In this document: positions 33,132 through 42,841 of the stretch, in pieces
Layout of the letters: every line of letters starts with the position of its first letter
Numbering within the stretch: the stretch's first letter is position 1
Virus record (IMG/VR): IMGVR_UViG_3300015360_000048
Span: 1 to 57,622 of that record
Reading direction: 5' to 3' (one strand)
Length of the DNA: 57,622 bases
Origin: a virus
Taxonomy: Duplodnaviria > Caudoviricetes
Position numbers and translations under genes: made by a program
Notes under the pieces: generated by a model
The model's input: only the letters and a program-made list of their open reading frames with translations
What the model was told of the DNA's origin: nothing
Databases searched by the model: none

Positions 33132-34846
33132 TATGATTCTTTCATTGTCGAGAAGTTTGATTGCTTCTCGAATTTAAGTATGCGATCGAACTTGTCGATC
33201 ATTAGTTCTTTATGGCTGATGACAAATGTGTTTGTGTCATTGAGTGTATAAAGTATTTTCATGAGGTCGTCAACACCTGTTCCGTCCATAGATGAATCAA
33301 AAGTCTCATCTAGAAACAATAAATTAGTTGACATCGAATTTTTCTTTTTGGCTACTGCACGCCAAGCAAAAAGGATAGCAAGATCGATTCGTTGCTTTTC
33401 TCCTTGGGAGAAGTTTTCATAAGAGAAGTGATCTCTGTGTCTCGACTTGATATGTTCTTTAAAGTTCTCGTCCAACTCGAAGTTCACGTAGAAATTCATA
33501 TGCGATAAATATTCATTAATCAATGCGTTCATATATGGAATATAGCTCTGGATGACTTTGGTTTTGATGCCATTATCTTTCAATAACATATAAGCAGCGT
33601 TTTCACTCTCACGCTTGTTGACGTATTTATCTTTCTCGGCTTGGTAGGTGTTAGCAGCACCTTGAGCAACGGCATATTTTTCTTGAAACTCATCGACGTT
33701 GTCGTCGCTGGCCATATCAACGTTAGCGAAATCCTTCTCAATCTTTTCAATGTATTTCTGATTGATATGTACATCAGCTCTTAAACTCGAGATGTCATTC
33801 TGAAGATGGCTGTAATGACCCGTCAGTTCCATTGACTTCTCTTGAATTTTGTTCAACTGTTCTAGTTTAGGTGTTAGACCTCCGATTTGTTCTTTGACGG
33901 AATTTTCCGAATTGGAAAGAATGGCCAATTCACGATGTTTAAACTCCGATTGCATTGATTGTCGGCAAGTTGGGCATTCATCGTGGTCTGTGAGGAATCT
34001 AATTTGGTCCCTGAGTTTTTTATCTTCACGCCTCGCAGAATTAAGTTGATCTTCGATGCCGTTACGTTTTCCAAGAGCATCTGATAGGCGTTTGATTTGC
34101 CCTGAGAACGTATTACATTCGGTCTGAAGTCGTAGTATTTTTCCTTCGCTTTCAGTAATCTTTGCTCTGTGCTCTTCAACATCTTTCTTATAATCCATTT
34201 CTTTGAGTTTTTTGTTAGCAGAGATCTTACCCATCATGCTCTTCATGACGTTTGCTTTTTCTGATTCAACTAGAATTTTGTTGTCTAAGGTGCTGATATA
34301 TTCTTTAGTTTCTACAATCTGTGATCTTAGCAAGATGTTCATCTTTGAGAACACTTTGATGTCTAACAGATCTTCAATAATTTCGCGTCTTGCGCCGGCT
34401 GTTAGACGCATGAACGGAATGTAATTGTTTGATCCCAAAACAACGATCTGTCTGAATGAATTGAAATTCAGTTTCAAGACGTTCTCTTCTATGTATGCTT
34501 GATAATCTTTCTGATGTGCTGTTTGGCTGAGTAAATCTCCATCCATATAGATTTCAAAAATGTTTGGTGCGATTCCACGTTTGACAACATAGTTCCGCCC
34601 ACGTGTTTCAAACTCTACTTCAACCTCAAGACCTTTCTTGTTGATACTGTTTACAAGCAAAGGCTTGTTGATACCGCCAAAGTCTTTTCCAAACAAAGCA
34701 AAAGCTAAAGCAGAAATGATTGTAGTCTTTCCTGCTCCGTTTTCTCCGGTTATAACAGTTCTTTGGCATGCGTCAAGTTTCAATTCAATTGGATGATTGC
34801 CTGCTGACAGATAGTTAGAATATTTGATTCTTTTAAATTTTATCAA
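33131..34846 (-). CDS. gp46: Recombination endonuclease ATPase subunit (T4 gp46, Rad50/SbcC-like)
   Basis: GENGAGKT, CPTC hook, FSQGEKQR, LDE, ISH. Confidence 0.95.
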   Translation of the reverse strand: MIKFKRIKYSNYLSAGNHPIELKLDACQRTVITGENGAGKTTIISALAFALFGKDFGGINKPLLVNSINKKGLEVEVEFETRGRNYVVKRGIAPNIFEIYMDGDLLSQTAHQKDYQAYIEENVLKLNFNSFRQIVVLGSNNYIPFMRLTAGARREIIEDLLDIKVFSKMNILLRSQIVETKEYISTLDNKILVESEKANVMKSMMGKISANKKLKEMDYKKDVEEHRAKITESEGKILRLQTECNTFSGQIKRLSDALGKRNGIEDQLNSARREDKKLRDQIRFLTDHDECPTCRQSMQSEFKHRELAILSNSENSVKEQIGGLTPKLEQLNKIQEKSMELTGHYSHLQNDISSLRADVHINQKYIEKIEKDFANVDMASDDNVDEFQEKYAVAQGAANTYQAEKDKYVNKRESENAAYMLLKDNGIKTKVIQSYIPYMNALINEYLSHMNFYVNFELDENFKEHIKSRHRDHFSYENFSQGEKQRIDLAILFAWRAVAKKKNSMSTNLLFLDETFDSSMDGTGVDDLMKILYTLNDTNTFVISHKELMIDKFDRILKFEKQSNFSTMKES

Positions 34847-35886
34847 TCTTCAAGTTCATTTGCTTGTTTGTAAAGATCCTTCATCATAAAGATGAGTTTT
34901 TCTTTATCTATGCTTTCGTTGTTTAAGGCTTTGACTGAGTTCTCAATAAAAGCCATTGTGTCTTCAATCTTTGAATCCATCTCAGGAAGCTCATCAATAG
35001 CAAACCCTTCGTCTTCAATTAAGACGTTGCAGACTTTACGTTTGTTGATATCTTCAATAAATGCTTCAAACTTAGCAGGGTCTGATTTATTCTTTACGAT
35101 GACCCGCACGTAGCAATTGGTCAAATCTTCTTCAATATGTGGGTCGTATTTTACATCATCATATTCATAACGCTTGAATGTCTTAAACGGGTTAGCCATG
35201 AAGTTGATATCCATCGTATCTGTTTCAATAACGTGAATACCTTTTTGGTTTCCGTAGTCAGACCAAGACATTTCATAAGGACAGCCGAGATACATAATGT
35301 CGCCCTGAGTTGCTCTATGATGAAAATGCCCTGTAAAGATTTTGCTATAGTTCTCAAAAATCTTGCGGTCAATACCTTCTTCTTCTACGTGACCTCTCAT
35401 ATGTTCACATCCGTTAATTTCTAAATGGCCAAAAATGTATTGGGTTTTGTCTTCAGCGATTGTGTTGAAGGTAGAGGTTTGATTTTCTGGGTTGATCCAA
35501 GGCACGAACAAAACCTTACGACCGGCTAGGTCAACGTAGGTTGCTTGTTCATAAATCTTGAAGTCATAATCCTGTAGCAGAAGCCGTGGTGAGTTGACGT
35601 CATTGGTGTCTTTGTAGAAGGTGTCGTGGTTGCCTATTATAATGTGCATCTCAATACCAGCTCTTTTGACCTTGTCAAAGAACATGGTACGGGCCTTTTC
35701 AAACGTGGCGAAATTCACAAACTTGCGTCTGTCAAACACATCGCCCAAATGGATGATGGTTTTAATGCCTTCAGCTTCGAGATAAGGGAAAAAGAATTCC
35801 GAAAAATACTTATCAAAAGATTGTAGGAGTGTGACACTGTCGTTGCGATACCCAAAATGAGTATCGGTGAGTAATGCTATCTTCAA
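34843..35886 (-). CDS. gp47: Recombination endonuclease nuclease subunit (T4 gp47, Mre11-like)
   Basis: TDTHFG, GDVFDRR, GNHD, GHLE, GHFH; TTG start. Confidence 0.95.
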   Translation of the reverse strand: MKIALLTDTHFGYRNDSVTLLQSFDKYFSEFFFPYLEAEGIKTIIHLGDVFDRRKFVNFATFEKARTMFFDKVKRAGIEMHIIIGNHDTFYKDTNDVNSPRLLLQDYDFKIYEQATYVDLAGRKVLFVPWINPENQTSTFNTIAEDKTQYIFGHLEINGCEHMRGHVEEEGIDRKIFENYSKIFTGHFHHRATQGDIMYLGCPYEMSWSDYGNQKGIHVIETDTMDINFMANPFKTFKRYEYDDVKYDPHIEEDLTNCYVRVIVKNKSDPAKFEAFIEDINKRKVCNVLIEDEGFAIDELPEMDSKIEDTMAFIENSVKALNNESIDKEKLIFMMKDLYKQANELED

Positions 35887-35907
35887 TTATTATTCCTTAT
35901 TTCATAC

Positions 35908-35936
35908 ATTATAAAGGATTTCCACGTTTCGTTCAA
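35908..35936 (-). promoter_or_regulatory. sigma70-like promoter for the gp47 operon
   Basis: TTGAAC-17 nt-TATAAT. Confidence 0.6.
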
Positions 35937-36109
35937 CGGTTTCTAAAGTCGTAAATTTCCAATTGGAATTCTTTTAATATACCTTCAATTTCTTCATGAC
36001 AATCAGCTAAGGCAATCATATAGTTCTTGCGTATACTCTTAGGAGTATTCTTATCTCTGATATTTTTGATGTAATATTTAATCTGTTCTGGGAGTTCTGT
36101 TCTTTTCAT
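35933..36109 (-). CDS. 58-aa hypothetical protein between gp55 and gp47 (not in ORF track)
   Basis: MKRTELPEQIKYYIKNIRDKNTPKSIRKNYMIALADCHEEIEGILKEFQLEIYDFRNR; fills the gap. Confidence 0.5.
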   Translation of the reverse strand: MKRTELPEQIKYYIKNIRDKNTPKSIRKNYMIALADCHEEIEGILKEFQLEIYDFRNR

Positions 36110-36659
36110 CTTTCTTCAACTTTTTGGCTTTTAAGCCTGCTTCAAACTTTTGGATGAACTCTACCATCTTTTCCCGGGAATGTTCGCTGTATTTCACTTC
36201 TGATGCCGCATACACTGTGGCGTCATGACCTTGCGTGTCTGCGGTAAACTCAAAAATTTCAGTGTTCTCAATTGCTTTGTATTTTTTATATAGATTTTTC
36301 TTTTCTTCCTGAATTCTGCGTAGGAACGCAAAATAGGAAACCTTCGTAAAATATCCGAAGGGGTTTTTTGACTTATTGGGATCGAAATTATACATATATT
36401 TCAGGCAGCAATAAACTGCATCTGATTTCATATTATCGAGAAAAATGTAATTTCTAAATCGATCGAGATTGCCTAGATTGTCTGCTAGCTTAACGAAGCA
36501 GTCTCCTAGGTAATTTGATACTCTTGGACTTTCAATTCCCTTTGTCTTATTTTCTTGGCAGACATTCCAATATTTCATAATCTCTTCGTAGAACTTGGCA
36601 TTGTCAATATAATGCTTTGCTGTAGATGCTTTCTTTGTTGCCGGTTTTTTATCCGTCAT
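36078..36659 (-). CDS. gp55: Late-transcription sigma factor (T4 gp55)
   Basis: HYIDNAKF, YLGDCF.KLA, FRNY, NFDP.KSKNPFGYFT..YFAFLRRIQEEKK. Confidence 0.93.
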   Translation of the reverse strand: MTDKKPATKKASTAKHYIDNAKFYEEIMKYWNVCQENKTKGIESPRVSNYLGDCFVKLADNLGNLDRFRNYIFLDNMKSDAVYCCLKYMYNFDPNKSKNPFGYFTKVSYFAFLRRIQEEKKNLYKKYKAIENTEIFEFTADTQGHDATVYAASEVKYSEHSREKMVEFIQKFEAGLKAKKLKKDEKNRTPRTD

Positions 36660-36674
36660 ACTGGGGTAACCCTC

Positions 36675-38159
36675 TTATTGAATTTTTATCTTGTGAATTT
36701 TATAATCAAATCTCTGTTCATTATAAATCCGAATACGTTCGAAGAAATGCTTCAACGAATAATTCTTATAGCTGCCATGACTCATATCGTCTGATATGTC
36801 AAACAGGGTACAGAACTCCTTCTCAGAGTTCAGTCGTAGGCCTCTACCTATTGATTGGAGGTTTCTAATTCTACTTTTAGAAGGTGAGGCGAATATGATA
36901 TTATTTATATTTGTGATGTTCACGCCTTGAGAGAACGTACCGTAAGACGCAATGATGATGCTGTTGTTATTGGCTTCGATCTGTTGACGATATTGTTCAC
37001 GAACCTCAGACTTTACACCACCGTGAATATAGAAGACTTGCTTATCATCATTCGTCTTACCACGAATCATCGCATCTAATATTTCCCCATGCTTTTCAAC
37101 ATAGAGGTAGAGAATGAGTGTATTTCCTTTTAGGGAACAAGCTAGATTGGAAATGAAGTTGTTACGCTTTTCATTCTCAATTAGGTATTGGATTTCTTTT
37201 TGATAGATTCTCGGAACCTTCTTTGAAGTGATAGGATCAAAGTTTAAGATTAGGCACTGGATCTTTAGCTTGGAAAGATACCCCTGATCCATAAGTTCCT
37301 TTGTATCAACAACAGATTCGACTAGCCCAAACAAACCTTCGAGAACGAGCTTGTTTACATTCGTGCCATCTAAAGTTCCTGTAAAACCGAATCTGTATTT
37401 AGCATTGATTGAGGTTTCCATAATTTGGATAAGACTTTTGGCTTTAGCACCATGTGCTTCATCAACAATAACAAATTCAAACTGTTCAAGCCATTCAGGA
37501 TCTTGATTGATGATGCTCTGCCAAGTTCCAATAACAACCTGGTTCAAGTTCTCTTTTGAAGATCCGCCCATAAACTTAGAGCAATTTAGTGCTACGTTCC
37601 AATCATCATCGTTCTTTGAATAATCCATAAAGTCAGAAAACATTTGTTGAACTAGACCTGTCGTTGGCACGATGAGTAGAGTCTTTGTGCCGTACCATCT
37701 AATAAGAGAATAGATTGAGAGAGATTTACCTGAACCTGTAGGTGAAAGAATTGTTGCTCTCTTCTTACGGATGCAATGAGCAATGTTCTTGACTTGATAT
37801 TCTCTTGGCTTAACTGGGATTTTTATTTCTTTGAGGAACTCGACAATTTCTAAGAGCGAGACTTCATCTTCGAGCTCTTGAACTTGATCCCTCAAACGAT
37901 ATTCGCGTTCTTCGCAGAACTTTTCTATATAGGGAATCAATCCCTTATAGATCATTTTAGACTTTATATTATAGAGTCTGATTTCGCCTGTCCATCGGCC
38001 ACTCTTGTAGAGTGGATTGAACTGATACCCTGGAACCTTGAAAGTGAAAAACTCTCGTATTTCTCTCTCAATTCCTTGGTCTGAAGTTAAATGAATATAT
38101 GATTCATTTAACGGCGTGATAGTTACGGTGTTGTATTCGATGTCTCGTCTTTTCTTGAC
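36675..38159 (-). CDS. uvsW: UvsW SF2 helicase; reading frame extends 68 codons upstream of the tracked ATG
   Basis: PTGSGKS, IVPTT, DEAH, GFTGT, LQSIGRGLR; upstream in-frame LNESYIHL..REFFTFKVPGYQFNP.YK.GRW.GEIRLY is the UvsW N-terminus; start codon uncertain. Confidence 0.9.
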   Translation of the reverse strand, partial: VKKRRDIEYNTVTITPLNESYIHLTSDQGIEREIREFFTFKVPGYQFNPLYKSGRWTGEIRLYNIKSKMIYKGLIPYIEKFCEEREYRLRDQVQELEDEVSLLEIVEFLKEIKIPVKPREYQVKNIAHCIRKKRATILSPTGSGKSLSIYSLIRWYGTKTLLIVPTTGLVQQMFSDFMDYSKNDDDWNVALNCSKFMGGSSKENLNQVVIGTWQSIINQDPEWLEQFEFVIVDEAHGAKAKSLIQIMETSINAKYRFGFTGTLDGTNVNKLVLEGLFGLVESVVDTKELMDQGYLSKLKIQCLILNFDPITSKKVPRIYQKEIQYLIENEKRNNFISNLACSLKGNTLILYLYVEKHGEILDAMIRGKTNDDKQVFYIHGGVKSEVREQYRQQIEANNNSIIIASYGTFSQGVNITNINNIIFASPSKSRIRNLQSIGRGLRLNSEKEFCTLFDISDDMSHGSYKNYSLKHFFERIRIYNEQRFDYKIHKIKIQ

Positions 38160-38323
38160 TTATTCTCTTTCTCATAAATGAAGCGTGCAAGTTGTTCTGC
38201 ATCCAATGTCGGAACTGGATAATTGTTGTTTATAAGGTAATTAGCTAGATCGTAATAGTAATCTTTCCCACGGTCTCCCCATGGAGTTGGTTCTGAGAGA
38301 TTGCTATAAACAATCTCTCTCAT
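38123..38323 (-). CDS. Small hypothetical protein
   Basis: 66-aa ORF coupled to the uvsY stop, overlapping the uvsW frame. Confidence 0.45.
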   Translation of the reverse strand: MREIVYSNLSEPTPWGDRGKDYYYDLANYLINNNYPVPTLDAEQLARFIYEKENKSRKDETSNTTP

Positions 38324-38751
38324 TACAGTTGTCCCCCGGTAAATTTAGCCCACTCAATGAAATTCTTCAAGTTGAATGAACGCTGGTTGATTGAGCCTAA
38401 TGCTTCTTTTAGAAAGAGGACGCTTTCTTCAATGAGAGCAATTTCTAAGTTAGCAGTGATAAATTCACTATCTGTTTCAACCCTTTTAGTGATAGCATTT
38501 GTTCCGAGCTTTAACTGGAACGGTTCTCTGCCTATATCTCTTCCATCTACGCTTCCCTCAAAGTATTGAGTCAGCTTTAATTCGACTTTCTTTCTCTTCT
38601 CGATCGAGCGTTTATAACGCAATCTTTCAGTAGAAAGGAAGTTCAGGTACTTAGAATGTAGCATAGAAATCTTCAAACACTCTTCGTCAATCTTAGAGTG
38701 ATCTATAAAGGAATCAATCTTCCATAGATCCTGGTAGTCAATTATTGTCAT
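38323..38751 (-). CDS. uvsY: Recombination mediator UvsY
   Basis: W..DS.ID, LHSKYL, R.F.LKN.IEW.KF..G C-terminus. Confidence 0.88.
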   Translation of the reverse strand: MTIIDYQDLWKIDSFIDHSKIDEECLKISMLHSKYLNFLSTERLRYKRSIEKRKKVELKLTQYFEGSVDGRDIGREPFQLKLGTNAITKRVETDSEFITANLEIALIEESVLFLKEALGSINQRSFNLKNFIEWAKFTGGQL

Positions 38752-38780
38752 TATTATCCTATAATATCCGTTATTTCTGT

Positions 38781-38809
38781 ATTTTACAGGTTTTTTGAAG
38801 AAAAATCAA
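38781..38809 (-). promoter_or_regulatory. sigma70-like promoter for uvsY
   Basis: TTGATT-17 nt-TAAAAT. Confidence 0.55.
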
Positions 38810-38985
38810 GTTTTTCTATTTTTATCTTGACATTGTTCTTGACATCGTGTAAAAAGGTACTTGATGAGTGGCTAATAGAAGATTAGACACGAAGCAAGGA
38901 CACTGTTAAAGAACTTAAACAGACGGCGTAGTTAAAGAGTTTAAACAAAGCAACTTAAACGGCATCAATGAATAGTTGCGTCTGA

Positions 38986-39522
38986 TTAGGTAACTTCGAT
39001 TTCATAGTTCGTATAATTAAAAGCCGCCGTAGCATTCAGTACACCATTATCAGTGTTGTCGAAATCGAGCCCTGTCAAAGATATGGGCATCATTTCTCTA
39101 AAGAATATATTAACATTTTTATTGGAAGAATTCGTTAACGAAATCAACGTGGCGTCAGAAAAAACGCTGTAGACGTTCTTGTTCTGCAGACGATTCTTTG
39201 CTAGGTTATAAGGAACGAACTCTTTCTCTGGATCAGATGGTGAGGTTATACCTGCTAACCAATGGAAAACTTCATTATAGTTCTTGAGGTCTTCGTCGAC
39301 TCTGAAAGATAGTTGGAAGGCTTCGAATGTTAATTTGGTCGAACCCACATAAAGTCTGTTCACAGCGTTCGGGATTTCAACAGCATTCTGGCTGATACCG
39401 GGAAGGTTCATAGAAGATGAAAAGAACTGCACGCTTGGGAGCTCCAAGAAGACCAATCTAAATTTGTCTTTATGCAGGTTATTTACATTTTCGGGATTGT
39501 TTCTTAAAGTGTCTTCGGCCAT
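38986..39522 (-). CDS. gp3: Tail completion / tube terminator protein (T4 gp3-like)
   Basis: N.L...KFRL..ELP.VQFF..NLPGIS, F.VDEDLKNY.EVF.W, SDATL, F..MPISL.GLDF, A.FNY; late promoter upstream favours the MAEDTL start. Confidence 0.8.
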   Translation of the reverse strand: MAEDTLRNNPENVNNLHKDKFRLVFLELPSVQFFSSSMNLPGISQNAVEIPNAVNRLYVGSTKLTFEAFQLSFRVDEDLKNYNEVFHWLAGITSPSDPEKEFVPYNLAKNRLQNKNVYSVFSDATLISLTNSSNKNVNIFFREMMPISLTGLDFDNTDNGVLNATAAFNYTNYEIEVT

Positions 39523-39536
39523 GTTTCCTCTCAAGG

Positions 39537-39544
39537 TATTTATA
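39537..39544 (-). promoter_or_regulatory. T4-type late promoter (gp3)
   Basis: Exact TATAAATA. Confidence 0.8.
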
Positions 39545-39552
39545 CTTTAGAG

Positions 39553-39581
39553 TTGACTTTGCCCTTACATCAACGTATAAA
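39553..39581 (+). promoter_or_regulatory. sigma70-like promoter for the plus-strand CCA...CysRS operon
   Basis: TTGACT-17 nt-TATAAA. Confidence 0.65.
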
Positions 39582-39597
39582 TGAACTCTAGAGGTTA

Positions 39598-40953
39598 GTG
39601 ATGTTTACAACTGAAAAGGTACCAAGTTATGCTCGTAAAGCTCTCGACATCATTGTTAGGGCTGGCTTCGACGCTAGGTTTGCTGGCGGATGTGTCCGAG
39701 ATACTCTTCTCGGGGTTAAACCTCAAGACTGGGATGTTGCTACAGATGCTACTCCTGATATTGTCACCGAGATTTTCACCGCTAACCAGATTACCGTCAT
39801 TCCAACGGGGCTTGCTCATGGAACTGTGTCAGCTCTTATAGATGATTTTTTGGTTGAAATCACCACCCTGCGCAAAGATGTTAAAACAGATGGTAGACAC
39901 GCAAAGGTCGAATTTGTTTCAGATTGGAAACAAGATGCACTGCGTCGTGATTTCACAATCAATGCTCTGTATGCAGATCATAATTGCATCATTCATGATT
40001 ATGTAGATGGCGTCTCAGATCTCGCTCTGGGAAGACTGAGGTTTGTAGGTGATGCCGAACTCAGGATTAAAGAAGACGCCTTGAGGATGATGAGGGCTCT
40101 GAGATTTATCCTAAACTCTAAAGATGGGTTTAATCTGATTCTTGATTATGAAGCCCTTGAGATTATTGAAAAACATGCAAACCTCATCAAGAACATTTCA
40201 AAAGAAAGAATATGGTCTGAGCTAAAAAAAGCACTGATCGGTCTCTGTAATATTGTCGAAAGAGATATGACCGACGAAACTGTTCCTGTTAGCCAAAGAA
40301 CTGATCAGTTTCAAGCAAATGATTATATGTCACGGGTCGTTGGCACCCTGATGAGATTGATTGGTATCTCAACTGATATTGAATTTACTATGAGAGGCTC
40401 ACAGATAGAACTGAAGAAAATAGTCAATCATTGGTTTCGGATGAAAGATAAATATCTAAAAATCAATGGAAAGCAAAGACACCCAGAGATGCTGATGCTG
40501 GCGCTGATCATGAGATTTGGAACTGATAAAAAATATTATACAAATTTCGTCTATCAGGCGATGGCGCTAAAGCTGAAGATGTCAGCTAAAAAGAAGATGG
40601 AGCTGTGCAGGTTTGATTCCCTGTTTAACATCGCACCTCATACGCCATCAGATGTTGATATGATTAATGGCGATTTTAATAGAATCGTTTGTGATTCTCT
40701 ATATCTTGCTCATGATCTCCATGAAGCAAGTATTTTTATCAACATTCGTGATGACATGCCTTATACTCTGCCAGAAGACACCCTGCCTTTTGATGTTATA
40801 GCAAAAGATGTCATGGCTGAAGGAGCACGTGGCTCAGATATTTCAAGATGGATAGAGAAGCTGCGTTTCAGCTGGTCAAGAAGTAAGGGAAGAAAGACTA
40901 AGACTGAACTAATCGAAGAATATAAATTGGGTTCTAAAACAGAAAGAGGCTAA
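39598..40953 (+). CDS. cca: tRNA nucleotidyltransferase (class II CCA-adding enzyme family)
   Basis: GGCVRD, DWDVAT, EITTLR.D...GRH, DALRRDFTINAL, RIKEDALR..RALRF, SKERI; divergent C-terminal half. Confidence 0.85.
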   Translation: MMFTTEKVPSYARKALDIIVRAGFDARFAGGCVRDTLLGVKPQDWDVATDATPDIVTEIFTANQITVIPTGLAHGTVSALIDDFLVEITTLRKDVKTDGRHAKVEFVSDWKQDALRRDFTINALYADHNCIIHDYVDGVSDLALGRLRFVGDAELRIKEDALRMMRALRFILNSKDGFNLILDYEALEIIEKHANLIKNISKERIWSELKKALIGLCNIVERDMTDETVPVSQRTDQFQANDYMSRVVGTLMRLIGISTDIEFTMRGSQIELKKIVNHWFRMKDKYLKINGKQRHPEMLMLALIMRFGTDKKYYTNFVYQAMALKLKMSAKKKMELCRFDSLFNIAPHTPSDVDMINGDFNRIVCDSLYLAHDLHEASIFINIRDDMPYTLPEDTLPFDVIAKDVMAEGARGSDISRWIEKLRFSWSRSKGRKTKTELIEEYKLGSKTERG

Positions 40954-40954
40954 G

Positions 40955-41176
40955 ATGATCGTTGCGATTGGTAGTAAGAACTTTGACTGGCAATATGGGG
41001 ATAATAACAATCTCATAATCACCAAGGCCGATGGGGCGACTTTGTCTCCGACTTTAACTGAAGTCACAGGCTATACCGACGAAGTGATGGCGAAGATGCG
41101 AACTACTGGTGCATGGCGGGTTACGCCTGCTCAGGTAGCTGCGTGGATTCGTAACAATGTAGCAGGAGTGAATTGA
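40955..41176 (+). CDS. Hypothetical protein
   Basis: 73-aa ORF packed in the operon. Confidence 0.55.
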   Translation: MIVAIGSKNFDWQYGDNNNLIITKADGATLSPTLTEVTGYTDEVMAKMRTTGAWRVTPAQVAAWIRNNVAGVN

Positions 41177-41177
41177 T

Positions 41178-42347
41178 TTGAAATATTTTCTTAAGAGTGG
41201 TTCTCGGTTCACTGTAACTGATGCCGAGGCACTGACGTTCCATGAAGAATTGCCAGTTGGAAACTATATGATCCAACAAGATCCTCAATCGGGAACTTTG
41301 TTTCTGTTATGTGTTGACCCATTCCAAACCGTGAAGAAAGTTTACGGCGGGTTGAATCAGAAGGCAAAAAGAATCTATAACACATTCACCCAGCGTGACA
41401 ATTCCACCGGTGTAATTTTGAACGGCGAAAAAGGATCGGGCAAAACTTTGCTGGCCCGAAATTTGTCAATCTTAGCGGCGAAAGATGGCATCCCAACGAT
41501 TATTATTACTGAGCCATGGCACGATGACCAATTCAAGAAGTTGATTCAAGACATCAAGCAGCCGTGCATTATTTTGTTTGACGAGTTCGAGAAAGTATAT
41601 CACAAGCGGGAAACCCAGACAGACATGCTTACACTTCTCGATGGCGTTTACCCAACGAAGAAAATGTTTGTGTTGACCTGCAACGATAAATACGCAATTG
41701 ATTCTCATATGCGTAACCGGCCAGGCCGTGCTTTTTACATGATCGACTTCAAAGAATTGGAGATGGGCTTTATCAAAGAATATTGTGAGGCAACCCTGAA
41801 CGATAAAAGCCATATCGAATCGCTGTGCAATTTGTCTTTGGTGTTTGATGCTTTCAATTTTGATATGCTCAAAGCTATTGTTGAAGAAATGAATCGCTAC
41901 AACGAATCCCCTCAGGACAGCATGAAGATGTTGAACGTGAAGCCCGAGTATAGCAACGACCGTACCGAATATACCGTGACGGCGTTCGAAGGTCAGCGTA
42001 AAATGAAGCCTATAGAATACTATCCTCTTGAATGGCGTGGCAATCCACTTATTGGTCAATTTGAGTTCCATGTATATCAGAAAGACGAAGCTGAAACGCC
42101 GGCTGAAGATTCATTGGACGCATTGCTCAACACGGCTCCGAAACTGAAAAGGTCATCGAGGAAAAGACTCGCACACGAAGATGAAGAAGATAGTGATTAT
42201 CTTTTCTATAAGCAACTTCATCCCAAGCATATCACAAGTCTTGATCCAAAGGAAAAGAAGTTTGTTTACAGAATTGAAGGTTCTGAATACACCTTACATC
42301 TCACACAGGCGAAAGAGGAGGCATATGATTATATGAAACTGATTTGA
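41178..42347 (+). CDS. AAA+ ATPase
   Basis: GEKGSGKT, LFDEFEK, LTLLDG, LTCN, NRPGR. Confidence 0.85.
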   Translation: MKYFLKSGSRFTVTDAEALTFHEELPVGNYMIQQDPQSGTLFLLCVDPFQTVKKVYGGLNQKAKRIYNTFTQRDNSTGVILNGEKGSGKTLLARNLSILAAKDGIPTIIITEPWHDDQFKKLIQDIKQPCIILFDEFEKVYHKRETQTDMLTLLDGVYPTKKMFVLTCNDKYAIDSHMRNRPGRAFYMIDFKELEMGFIKEYCEATLNDKSHIESLCNLSLVFDAFNFDMLKAIVEEMNRYNESPQDSMKMLNVKPEYSNDRTEYTVTAFEGQRKMKPIEYYPLEWRGNPLIGQFEFHVYQKDEAETPAEDSLDALLNTAPKLKRSSRKRLAHEDEEDSDYLFYKQLHPKHITSLDPKEKKFVYRIEGSEYTLHLTQAKEEAYDYMKLI

Positions 42348-42841
42348 CAGTACAAAGAATTCTATTTTTAGATATGGATGGCCCAGTCATTAATACACCT
42401 TGTCTATTTTTACACCCAGGAGCTTCCATTCGCCGAGAATGTTTGAACACAGGTGCCTTAGGTTATATCAAACGCTTCTGTAATATTTCTGGAGCCAAGG
42501 TTGTTACCAACTCTATGCACAATTACGAAAACATTCCAGACTCTCTTGTTCGTAGAACATTGAAATATGACTTGATTGACTGGGGCTTGCCTGCAAAAAT
42601 TTTCCATGACGATTGGAGAACAGAGTTCGGGAAAGACGCATCGCATAATCGTCTAACGGCCATTCATCAATGGCAAGCCCATAATGGACCTGCTGATTGG
42701 GTTTGTTTTGATGACGTACATTTTACAGAAGACAAACGTCTAATCCTAATTGATTTTGATAGAGGCATAGACCACTCTGCTTATAGAAAAGCGTTGAAAG
42801 TTTATGGATACAGGCAGGTGCCACTCTGGCTAGGAGATTAA
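42344..42841 (+). CDS. HAD-superfamily phosphatase (RNA-repair-associated HAD-like)
   Basis: ILFLDMDGP (DxDG), VVTNS, WVCFDD. Confidence 0.7.
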   Translation: MTVQRILFLDMDGPVINTPCLFLHPGASIRRECLNTGALGYIKRFCNISGAKVVTNSMHNYENIPDSLVRRTLKYDLIDWGLPAKIFHDDWRTEFGKDASHNRLTAIHQWQAHNGPADWVCFDDVHFTEDKRLILIDFDRGIDHSAYRKALKVYGYRQVPLWLGD

